Part shown: one piece after another, positions 52,781 through 60,458 of the stretch
Layout: every line of letters begins with the position of its first letter
How positions within the stretch are numbered: position 1 is the stretch's first letter
NCBI GenBank assembly: GCA_035461245.1
Contig: DATHVP010000025.1
Span: forward strand, 79,714-143,713
DNA: 64,000 bases
Direction: 5' to 3'
Source: Longimicrobiales bacterium
GTDB lineage: Bacteria > Gemmatimonadota > Gemmatimonadetes > Longimicrobiales > RSA9
Notes under the pieces: model-generated
The model's input: only the letters and a program-made list of their open reading frames with translations
What the model was told of the DNA's origin: nothing
Database searches by the model: none
Made by a program: the position numbers and the translations under genes

Positions 52781-53413
52781 ATGCGACGTACTTTCTCGAT
52801 GATCACAGCGTGCGCAACCGCCCTGGTCCTTTCCGCCGGCGCTGCGTCGGCGCAGACCATCGGCTTCAAGCTCGGCGCCGGTTTCCCGAACATGTCCATC
52901 GACGACTCCGGCATCTCCAGCAGCAGCATCACGGCATTCGCCGGCGGCGGCCACATCCGTTTCGGCCTCGGCGGCCGCATCGGCCTGCAGGCCGAGCTGC
53001 TGTCTGTCACCAAGGGCGCGGATGTCACGGACGGCGCCGACACGGATGAGTATCGCTTCGAGTATGTGGAGATCCCGGTCCTGGTCCACATCCCCCTGAC
53101 GCTCGGCGCCGTGGCGCCGTACGTCTTCGGTGGCGGCGCCGTGGGCCTCGAGGTCAGGTGCCGCGTGGCGCCCGAGGGCGGATCGCAGACCAATTGCAGC
53201 GACGAGGGCATCTCCACCAACTCGCCGGACTGGGGCCTGGTCGGTGGCGCCGGCCTGGCCATGGCCATGGGCCCCGGCTCCGTGCTTCTGGAAGGCCGCT
53301 ACACATACGGCCTGCGCAACATCTTCGATGCTGCCACGGCACCGGACGTCCGGCACCGCGTGCCCACGGTCATGATCGGGTACGAGTTGCCACTGGTCCG
53401 CAGCTGGTACTAG
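52781..53413 (+). CDS. Small outer-membrane beta-barrel protein (paralogue of 31902-32570)
   Basis: Signal peptide ending AASAQ. GFKLGAGF, IGLQAELLSVTKG, FEYVEIPVLVHIPL and LLEGRYTYGLRNIF blocks match the 31902 gene. C-terminal aromatic residues (SWY). Confidence 0.7.
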   Translation: MRRTFSMITACATALVLSAGAASAQTIGFKLGAGFPNMSIDDSGISSSSITAFAGGGHIRFGLGGRIGLQAELLSVTKGADVTDGADTDEYRFEYVEIPVLVHIPLTLGAVAPYVFGGGAVGLEVRCRVAPEGGSQTNCSDEGISTNSPDWGLVGGAGLAMAMGPGSVLLEGRYTYGLRNIFDAATAPDVRHRVPTVMIGYELPLVRSWY

Positions 53414-53461
53414 TCGCAACCTGATGGCGTCGCCCTGGCGACGACCGTCGCCATTACGGAA

Positions 53462-53493
53462 GGGCCCCGGCCACCACACGGTTGCCGGGGCCC
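53462..53493 (+). terminator. GC hairpin after the barrel gene
   Basis: GGGCCCCGGC (53462-53471) pairs with GCCGGGGCCC (53484-53493), with a 12-nt loop. Confidence 0.5.
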
Positions 53494-53649
53494 TGCTGCA
53501 TCCCTCCCGACGCCGTAGCAGCCGGCTGCACCGTCGCCGCATGGAACCTGCCGGGGTTATCTTGCGTTCCATACACCGGGTGCCGTATCACACACCGCGC
53601 CGCCCGTGGGCCGCATCGCCGCAGCCAGCAGCGTCAGCCAGGAGCCGGA

Positions 53650-54597
53650 ATGAGCAAGCGTCGGAATCATGACGACATCCCGTCCTCGGAGATCACGCCG
53701 GAATCCGTGTACCTGGACCGGCGGCGGTTTCTGCGGATGGGGGCCGCCGGTGCCGTGGGTGCCGCCGTCGCACCCGGCTCCCTGGTGGCGTGCGACGTTC
53801 CCGCGTCCGGCTCCGCTGGCAGCGCCGACGATCAGCAGGAGCAGGAGCCGCTGACGTCGTACGAGGACATCACTACGTACAACAACTTCTACGAGTACGG
53901 CACCGACAAGGCTGACCCCAGCCGATACGCGCCGGGCCTGCTCCAGACGCGGCCCTGGTCCGTCACGGTGGAAGGCCACTGCGACAAGCCCGGCACGTAC
54001 GACATCGAGGACATCCTGCGGGCGCACCCCGCCGAGGACCGTGTCTACCGGCTGCGCTGCGTGGAGGCATGGAGCATGGTCATCCCGTGGCGAGGCTTCG
54101 CCCTGGCCGACATGCTGCGCCGCTTCGAGCCCACGTCCCGGGCGCAGTACGTGGAGTTCTACACGCTGCTGGACCCGGAGCAGATGCCCTACCAGAAGAC
54201 GGGGCTGCTGGACTGGCCGTACGTCGAGGGACTGCGCATGGACGAGGCCATGCACCCTCTGTCCTTCATGGCCACCGGGCTGTACGGCCGGGACCTGCCG
54301 GCGCAGAACGGCGCGCCGCTGCGCCTGGTCGTGCCGTGGAAGTACGGCTTCAAGAGCGGGAAGTCCATCGTCCGCATTCGCTTCGTGGACCGCCAGCCGC
54401 GCACCACGTGGATGCAGATGGCGCCGTCGGAGTACGGGTTCTACGCCAACGTGAACCCCGACGTGGATCACCCCCGCTGGAGCCAGCGCCGGGAACGTCG
54501 CATCGGCACCATCCGGCCCCGGGACACGCTCATGTTCAACGGCTACCCCGAGGTGGCCAGCCTCTATCGGGGCATGGACCTGCGGCGGAACTTCTGA
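53650..54597 (+). CDS. msrP: Protein-methionine-sulfoxide reductase catalytic subunit MsrP (YedY, molybdopterin)
   Basis: Tat signal [44 protein letters not shown] and [19 protein letters not shown] are YedY-type motifs. Followed by msrQ. Confidence 0.9.
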   Translation: MSKRRNHDDIPSSEITPESVYLDRRRFLRMGAAGAVGAAVAPGSLVACDVPASGSAGSADDQQEQEPLTSYEDITTYNNFYEYGTDKADPSRYAPGLLQTRPWSVTVEGHCDKPGTYDIEDILRAHPAEDRVYRLRCVEAWSMVIPWRGFALADMLRRFEPTSRAQYVEFYTLLDPEQMPYQKTGLLDWPYVEGLRMDEAMHPLSFMATGLYGRDLPAQNGAPLRLVVPWKYGFKSGKSIVRIRFVDRQPRTTWMQMAPSEYGFYANVNPDVDHPRWSQRRERRIGTIRPRDTLMFNGYPEVASLYRGMDLRRNF

Positions 54598-54707
54598 CAA
54601 ACGGAGCAGGGCCGGACCGTTCGACAGCGCCTGAGCGCACTCCGCCGGCGTCCGCTCCATCTGCGGGCGCTCAACCTGCGGGCGCTCGCCCGCGACGCGT
54701 TGACGGG

Positions 54708-55310
54708 ATGCTGGCGGCAAAGGTCGTCGTCTGGATCCTGTGCCTGCTGCCCGCCGCGCGCCTCATCCAGCGCGGCCTCGAGGGCCGCCTCACCGCCAAC
54801 CCCATCGAGTACATCACGCTCCAGACGGGGTGGTGGGCCCTGGTCCTCCTGCTGGCGACACTGGCCATCACGCCCCTGCGCCGTCTAACCGGCTGGAACC
54901 GCCTCATCCGCGTGCGCCGCCTCATCGGCCTGTTCGCCTTCTTCTACGCGACGCTGCACCTACTGACCTACATCACCCTCGACCGCTACTTCGACTTCTC
55001 CGAGATCGGCGACGACATCCTGCGACGTCCCTACATCACCGTCGGGTTCCTCGCCTTCCTCATGCTGCTGCCGCTGGCCGTCACGTCCACCCGCGGCTGG
55101 ATCCGCCGCCTCGGCCGGCGCTGGCAGCTGCTGCACTGGCTCATCTATCCCGCCACCGCCCTCGCCGTCCTGCACTTCTACTGGAAGAAGTCGGCGAAGG
55201 CGGACGTCGCCGAGCCCACCACGTTCGCCATCCTCCTGGCTGGTCTGCTCGGCCTCCGTCTCCTCACGTGGCTGTGGCGACGTCGGCGTTCACCAACCCC
55301 CGCTGCGTAA
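54708..55310 (+). CDS. msrQ: Protein-methionine-sulfoxide reductase haem-binding subunit MsrQ (YedZ)
   Basis: Six-TM ferric-reductase-like protein: GWWALVLLLATLAITPLRRLTG...FFYATLHLLTY...LHWLIYPATALAVLHFYW (haem His ligands). Confidence 0.85.
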   Translation: MLAAKVVVWILCLLPAARLIQRGLEGRLTANPIEYITLQTGWWALVLLLATLAITPLRRLTGWNRLIRVRRLIGLFAFFYATLHLLTYITLDRYFDFSEIGDDILRRPYITVGFLAFLMLLPLAVTSTRGWIRRLGRRWQLLHWLIYPATALAVLHFYWKKSAKADVAEPTTFAILLAGLLGLRLLTWLWRRRRSPTPAA

Positions 55311-55382
55311 GCCGCCACGCCGTGCATCGCTGGCGCTGATCCTGCACACCGGACCGCCGCGAACAGCCACCCGGAGCAGAGC

Positions 55383-56480
55383 ATGGCCACCAGCAGAAAG
55401 TCACCGGCGAAGACCGCAGCGAAGAAGACCGCAGCGAAGAAGACCGCGACAAAGAAGACCGCGACAAAGAAGACCGCAGCGAAGAAGTCCGCGGCGACGC
55501 AACGTGCCCGGGGCGAACGGGACGGCCGGCAGCAGCGGGCCCTGCAACCAACGCAGGAGCGGAAGCGGGAGAAGCGCCAGGAGCAGCGACCGGAGGAGCC
55601 GCAGGAAGCGGTGCAGCTCGGGCAGCGCCGCTATCCCGAGAACCCGCTGCCCGAGCAGCAGCTCCGCAAGCCGGGCCTGGAATCGGCACTGGAGCCGCGT
55701 CCCATGTACCAGGCCCCGCGGTACCGCGGCTCAGGCAAGCTCGAGGGCAAGGTGGCCCTCATCACCGGCGGCGATTCCGGTATCGGCCGGGCGGTCGCGG
55801 TCCTCTATGCACGGGAAGGCGCGGACGTCGCCATCGGGTACCTGGACGAGCACGGGGACGCCGAGGAGACGCGGCAGGCGGTGGAAGCCGAGGGACGTCG
55901 CGCGCTGCTCATCCCCGGCGACGTCTCGGAGCCCTCGTACGCCGATCACGCCGTCGCACAGACCGTTCGTGAGTTCGGCCGCCTCGACATCCTCGTCAAC
56001 AACGCGGCGTACCAGCAACACCAGGCGTCCATCGAGGACATCACGGATGAACAGCTGGACCGGACGTTCCGTACCAACATCTACGGCTACTTCTACATGG
56101 CCCGCGCCGCCGTGAAGCACCTGCCCCGGGGCGGCGTCATCATCAACAGCGGCAGCGTCACCGGCGAGGACGGCTCCGGCGGGTTGCTGGACTACAGCGC
56201 CACCAAGGGCGCCATCCACGCCTTCACCAAGTCGCTCGCCCAGAACCTGCTGCCGAAGGGGATCCGCGTGAACTGCGTGGCGCCGGGTCCCGTCTGGACA
56301 CCGCTGAACCCAGCCGACCTGGACGCGGAGAAGGTGGCGGAGTTCGGCGCCAGCGTGCCCATGAAGCGACCGGCCCAGCCGGAGGAACTCGCGCCGGCCT
56401 ACGTCTTCCTCGCCGCGCCAACGGACTCCAGCTACGTCACCGGCGAGGTGCTGAACGTGTTTGGCGGCGAGCCGGCGTAA
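55383..56480 (+). CDS. SDR-family oxidoreductase (YghA/YdaD general-stress type) with Lys/Ala/Thr-rich N-terminal extension
   Basis: KVALITGGDSGIGRAVA, NNAA and YSATKGA (YxxxK) motifs. Preceded by PGLESALEPRPMYQAPRYRGSGKL, typical of this subfamily. The first ~40 residues are AKKTA repeats. Confidence 0.85.
   Translation: MATSRKSPAKTAAKKTAAKKTATKKTATKKTAAKKSAATQRARGERDGRQQRALQPTQERKREKRQEQRPEEPQEAVQLGQRRYPENPLPEQQLRKPGLESALEPRPMYQAPRYRGSGKLEGKVALITGGDSGIGRAVAVLYAREGADVAIGYLDEHGDAEETRQAVEAEGRRALLIPGDVSEPSYADHAVAQTVREFGRLDILVNNAAYQQHQASIEDITDEQLDRTFRTNIYGYFYMARAAVKHLPRGGVIINSGSVTGEDGSGGLLDYSATKGAIHAFTKSLAQNLLPKGIRVNCVAPGPVWTPLNPADLDAEKVAEFGASVPMKRPAQPEELAPAYVFLAAPTDSSYVTGEVLNVFGGEPA
55409..55498 (+). 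repeat. 15-bp in-frame tandem repeat, 6 copies (GAAGACCGCAGCGAA; encodes KKTAA/KKTAT)
   Basis: Units start at 55409, 55424, 55439, 55454, 55469 and 55484, with 0-4 substitutions each. Confidence 0.9.
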
Positions 56481-56496
56481 CGGCCGGGACGGCCCC

Positions 56497-56658
56497 GGGC
56501 GGGACCTGTTTACCGTTTTTCGTTATTGCGCGCTTTTCGGAACATCCAGCTATCGTCGCGCCTCATCGGCCTGACGTCCGGCACGTGCTGCCGCGCCGTT
56601 GCGTGGTCAGGGCGCGATCGCCAGGGCAATAACGAAAAACGGTAAACAGGTCCCGCCC
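56497..56658. repeat. 162-bp element bounded by perfect 33-bp inverted repeats (MITE-like element or long-stem hairpin)
   Basis: Left arm 56497-56529 (GGGCGGGACCTGTTTACCGTTTTTCGTTATTGC) is the exact reverse complement of right arm 56626-56658. The centre is 96 bp. The arms are AT-rich relative to the surroundings. Confidence 0.85.
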
Positions 56659-56737
56659 CGCCGCCTCGCCAAACGGCCGACCTCTGCTATATTGGTTCAG
56701 CAACGCGACTTGACTACACGCGCACCTCCCGGAATGC

Positions 56738-58183
56738 ATGAAGAAGCTCCTGGCCGCCGTATGCGTCTCGACCCTGCTGTCCACCACTGCGTGCCGTGAC
56801 GCGGGCAGTGCAGATCTTCATTCCGGCGCGCCTGCCGGCACCACCGCGGACAGCGTCACCCTGGGTTCGGGCGAGGCGGTGGACTCCGCCGGAGTGGTGG
56901 CGGCGTCGGGCGTGAGGGCGCTGACACCGTCGCAGGTGGCGGGGCGGGCACCGGCGCAGCTGCGCGGCATCTACCTGAACGCGTATGCCGCCGGCTCGAC
57001 GAACCGGCTGAACGCCCTCATGGCGCTGGCGGACTCGACGGAGATCAACACGTTCGTCATTGACGTGAAGGACGAGCGCGGCATCCGCTACCGCTCGGAC
57101 ATCGAACTGGCCATGGAGCTGGCGCAGCCCGGCGAGGTCATGATCCGGGACCTGTCGGCGCTGGCGGCGCGGCTGAAGGAGCGGGGCATCTGGAGCATGG
57201 CGCGCATCGTCGTGTTCAAGGACCCCATCCTGGCGGAGGCGAAGCCTGAGTGGACCATCCGCCGCCCTGACGGCGGTGTCTGGATCGACCGCGAGGGCCA
57301 CACCTGGGTCAGCACCTGGGAGCCGGCGGTCTGGGATTACAACATCGACATCGCCGAGGAAGTTGCCCGCGCCGGCTTCGACGAGATCCAGTTCGACTAC
57401 ATCCGCTTCCCGGAGGCGTACCGCAGCCTGCCGGACCAGATCCACCCGCAGGCGAAGGGCGACCGGAGCGATGCCATCGCCGCGTTCCTGGACGAGGCCC
57501 GGCGTCGCCTGCACCCGCTGGGCGTCGTTGTCGCCGCCGACGTGTTCGGCCTCTCGCCCAACGACCCCCGGGACGTGGCCATCGGCCAGCAGTGGGAGAC
57601 GGTGCTGGCGAAGGCCGACCACGTGCTGCCCATGGTCTACCCGTCGCACTACTTCCCGACGCACCTGCGCAACGTGCCGCGGCCGAACCGCATGCCGTAC
57701 GAGACGGTCTTCACTTCGCTGGGCATCGGCATGGTCCGATGGAGCCGGCTGCAGGAGGCCGGCGTCAGGCCCGGCCGGGTCATCCCGTGGCTGCAGGCCT
57801 TCAACGCGCCGTGGGTGGACCGGGACTACGAGTACGGCCCCGAGCAGGCCGCCGCCCAGATCCGGGCCGTCTACGATGTGGGCCTCGACGACTGGATCTT
57901 CTGGCACCCGGGCTCCCGGTACGCGCAGATCGAGGCCGCGTTCGAGCGGGAGACGACGTCGCGGAAGGTGGAGTTCACGCCGTCGTCCGACTTCGTCAGC
58001 CAGGCCGACCTGCTGGACCGGCAGGGCGCCCGGGCCGCCCGGGAAGCCGCAGCCGGCCGGCGATCCGCGCCCGCGGATAACAACAGCAACAACAGCAACG
58101 AAAGCAACGGCAGTAACGGCAACGGGGGCAACGGAAGCAACGGGAGCAGTGGCAGCAACGACGTCGGTGGGTCCCATCGATGA
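56738..58183 (+). CDS. Putative glycoside-hydrolase-like lipoprotein (DUF4015/GHL-type TIM barrel) with Asn/Ser/Gly-rich tail
   Basis: Lipobox [20 protein letters not shown]...[13 protein letters not shown]...[44 protein letters not shown] matches the putative-glycosidase DUF4015 pattern. C-terminal [27 protein letters not shown]. Confidence 0.7.
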   Translation: MKKLLAAVCVSTLLSTTACRDAGSADLHSGAPAGTTADSVTLGSGEAVDSAGVVAASGVRALTPSQVAGRAPAQLRGIYLNAYAAGSTNRLNALMALADSTEINTFVIDVKDERGIRYRSDIELAMELAQPGEVMIRDLSALAARLKERGIWSMARIVVFKDPILAEAKPEWTIRRPDGGVWIDREGHTWVSTWEPAVWDYNIDIAEEVARAGFDEIQFDYIRFPEAYRSLPDQIHPQAKGDRSDAIAAFLDEARRRLHPLGVVVAADVFGLSPNDPRDVAIGQQWETVLAKADHVLPMVYPSHYFPTHLRNVPRPNRMPYETVFTSLGIGMVRWSRLQEAGVRPGRVIPWLQAFNAPWVDRDYEYGPEQAAAQIRAVYDVGLDDWIFWHPGSRYAQIEAAFERETTSRKVEFTPSSDFVSQADLLDRQGARAAREAAAGRRSAPADNNSNNSNESNGSNGNGGNGSNGSSGSNDVGGSHR

Positions 58184-59703
58184 CGGTGCTGTATATCCTT
58201 GTCGGCGCGGCGGCCGGCGCCCTGATGGTGGGGCTGGCGCTCCGCGCGCAGCTCATCCTGACAAAGGCACAGGCGGACCGCGCGGAAACGCTCCAGCGCG
58301 AACTGCACGAGCGGGACGCCCGCATCAATGAACTCCAGCGTGAGCGGGACGCCCGGCTGCACCAGGCGCAGAAGGAGCACGAAGCCCGCATCAGCGCGGT
58401 GCAGCGCGAGCATGACGTCCGGGCCGACCAGCTCCAGCGGGAGCACGACGCCCGCCTCAGCGCCCTCCAGAAGGAACTGACCGAAGCCCGCGTGGACGCC
58501 ACGGCGCTGCGCGAGCGGCTCGACGCGGAGCGCCACGCCGGCGCCGAGAAGATGGCCATGCTCGACGACGCCCAGCGCAAGCTGAGCGACGCGTTCAAGG
58601 CGCTGTCCGCCGACGCCCTCAGCCGCAACAACCAGGAGTTCCTCACCATCGCGAAGCAGCTGCTGGAGAAGCAGCAGTCCGCGGCAGAGCAGGACCTGGC
58701 GGCCAAGGCGCAGCAGATCGACCAGCTGGTGAAGCCGCTGAAGGAATCGCTGGAGAGGGTGGACGGCAAGATCGGCGAACTGGAGAAGGCCCGCGCCGTC
58801 GCCTACGGCACGCTAGCCGAGCAGGTGCGCAACCTGTCCGCCACTCAGCAGTCCCTCCAGGCGGAGACCCAGAACCTGGTGAAGGCGCTGCGGGCGCCGC
58901 AGGTCCGCGGCCGCTGGGGCGAGATCCAGCTGCGACGCGTCGTCGAGATGGCGGGCATGGTGGAGTACTGCGACTTCACGCAGCAGGACACCATCAACCA
59001 CGAGGATGGCCGGCTTCGTCCCGACATGATCGTGCGGCTGCCCAACGGCCGCAGCATCGTCGTGGACTCGAAGGCGCCGTTGCAGGCATACCTCGAAGCC
59101 GTCGAGGCTTCCGACGACGACGTCCGCACCGATCGCCTGCGCCAGCACGCCGCCCAGATCCGAGGCCACATCCGCAAGCTCAGCGAGAAGTCCTACTGGG
59201 ACCGGCTGGCCGCGACGGATGCGACCCCCGAGTTCGTCGTGCTGTTCCTTCCCGGCGAGTCCTTCTACAGCGCCGCCCTCGAGCTGGACCCCAGTCTCAT
59301 CGAGGGCGCCATCGACCAGCGCGTCATCCTGGCCACACCGACGACGCTCATCGCACTGCTCCGCGCCATCTCCTACGGCTGGCGTCAGGAGACCATCACC
59401 CGCGAGGCGCTCCAGATCAGTGCCCTCGGCAAGGAACTCTACACCCGCGTCCGCACCATGGCCGGCCACTTCGCTGACATGCGCAAGGCGCTGGACCGCA
59501 CCGTCCTGTCCTACAACCGCGCCGTCTCATCCCTCGAGTCCCGGGTCCTGCCGTCCGCCCGCCGGTTCCGCGAACTAGGCGCCGTCGGCAGCGACGAGGA
59601 GATCGACCAGCTCGAAGCCGTGGACAAGAGCCCCCGCGTCCTCCAGGCCGGCGACATGCAGGAGCCGGGACAGGCGCCGCGGGCGATCCAGACGGAGCTT
59701 TGA
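58180..59703 (+). CDS. rmuC: DNA recombination protein RmuC
   Basis: N-terminal TM helix, a coiled coil, then the RmuC core ([25 protein letters not shown]...[22 protein letters not shown]...[11 protein letters not shown]). ATG 58180 overlaps the upstream stop (ATGA). Confidence 0.85.
   Translation: MTVLYILVGAAAGALMVGLALRAQLILTKAQADRAETLQRELHERDARINELQRERDARLHQAQKEHEARISAVQREHDVRADQLQREHDARLSALQKELTEARVDATALRERLDAERHAGAEKMAMLDDAQRKLSDAFKALSADALSRNNQEFLTIAKQLLEKQQSAAEQDLAAKAQQIDQLVKPLKESLERVDGKIGELEKARAVAYGTLAEQVRNLSATQQSLQAETQNLVKALRAPQVRGRWGEIQLRRVVEMAGMVEYCDFTQQDTINHEDGRLRPDMIVRLPNGRSIVVDSKAPLQAYLEAVEASDDDVRTDRLRQHAAQIRGHIRKLSEKSYWDRLAATDATPEFVVLFLPGESFYSAALELDPSLIEGAIDQRVILATPTTLIALLRAISYGWRQETITREALQISALGKELYTRVRTMAGHFADMRKALDRTVLSYNRAVSSLESRVLPSARRFRELGAVGSDEEIDQLEAVDKSPRVLQAGDMQEPGQAPRAIQTEL
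58294..58500 (+). repeat. Six 33-bp (11-aa) in-frame repeats in the RmuC coiled coil ([11 protein letters not shown]-type)
   Basis: [14 protein letters not shown] / [11 protein letters not shown] / [11 protein letters not shown] / [11 protein letters not shown] / [11 protein letters not shown] / [11 protein letters not shown]. Confidence 0.75.
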
Positions 59704-59723
59704 GACGGATTCGGGATCGGGAT

Positions 59724-59754
59724 CGTAAACGTAAACGTTCAACGTAAACGAAAC
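59724..59754. repeat. AT-rich cluster of three CGTAAACG motifs
   Basis: cgtaaacgtaaacgttcaacgtaaacgaaac, preceded by gggatcgggatc. The same octamer occurs at 42573-42580. Confidence 0.7.
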
Positions 59755-59780
59755 CTACCCGAGCGGCCCTGGGCAACTGA

Positions 59781-59820
59781 GGCGACGAGGGCGACTTATT
59801 ACAGCCCGTCGTTCGTCGCC
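59781..59820 (+). terminator. Imperfect hairpin downstream of rmuC
   Basis: GGCGACGA pairs with TCGTCGCC as the outer stem and GGGC with GCCC as the inner stem, with an asymmetric internal loop. Confidence 0.35.
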
Positions 59821-59884
59821 CGCAGTATGCCGCCCGCCGTGTGACGCCCGTTACCACTTCCTTGCCTCCGCCTGAGCCTGCAGT

Positions 59885-59903
59885 GCCGGCCGCCACGGCC
59901 GGC
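59885..59903 (-). terminator. Short GC hairpin just downstream of the minus-strand gene ending at 59908
   Basis: GCCGGCC (59885-59891) pairs with GGCCGGC (59897-59903), with a 5-nt loop. Confidence 0.35.
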
Positions 59904-59907
59904 GCAA

Positions 59908-60387
59908 TTACGGCATCGTTCCAGGGGCCCCCGGGCCTTCGTCAGGCGGTGAGTCTGTGCCGGTGGCGGGGGGCAGTTCTCCGGCGGGCGATGCGTCTGC
60001 CTTGTGCGCGGTCCGCGCCGCCCGTTCATCCAGGTCCTTCCGCAGGTCCTCGATCTTCGTCTGCAGCCGGCTGAGGATCGAGTCAATGCGCGGCTGCACG
60101 TCGGCGACGAACTGGTCCACCTTCGGCTTCACGTCCTCCATGGCGCTCTGCGCCTTCGGCCGGATCTCCGCCATGGCTGCGTCGACGCGCGTGTCCAGCT
60201 CGTCCAGCGCGCGCTTCACTTTCGGCCGCGCATCCTCGATGGCTGCTTCCACTTTCGCCTGCAACTCCTTCAGCGCGTCGCGTCCGCGATCACCGCTACC
60301 GGTGCCTCCCGTGCTGCCGGCATCCCCGGCGCCGCTCGTCGAACCAGTCCCCTGCGTATTTTCCACGTCGGGCCTCCCTTTCAGCAT
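59908..60387 (-). CDS. Hypothetical protein with proline-punctuated 11/22-residue amphipathic helical repeats (apolipoprotein-like); start ATG 60387 or GTG 60456
   Basis: RPKVKRALDELDTRVDAAMAEI / RPKAQSAMEDV / KPKVDQFVADV / QPRIDSILSRLQTKIEDLRKDL. Gly/Ser/Thr-rich N-terminus. No clear SD before ATG 60387. Confidence 0.5.
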   Translation of the reverse strand: MLKGRPDVENTQGTGSTSGAGDAGSTGGTGSGDRGRDALKELQAKVEAAIEDARPKVKRALDELDTRVDAAMAEIRPKAQSAMEDVKPKVDQFVADVQPRIDSILSRLQTKIEDLRKDLDERAARTAHKADASPAGELPPATGTDSPPDEGPGAPGTMP

Positions 60388-60458
60388 GAACAACCGGCCG
60401 GGAAAGGGTCCCGTCCGGCTCACCACCCTACGCGACCTCCTGCCTGCACGTTTCACGC

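Noticed and set aside
56563-56799. Two overlapping small ORFs (74 aa minus, 66 aa plus) inside or next to the inverted-repeat element.
   Set aside because: No SD, atypical composition, and mutually antisense. They are better explained as chance ORFs in the relatively AT-rich element.
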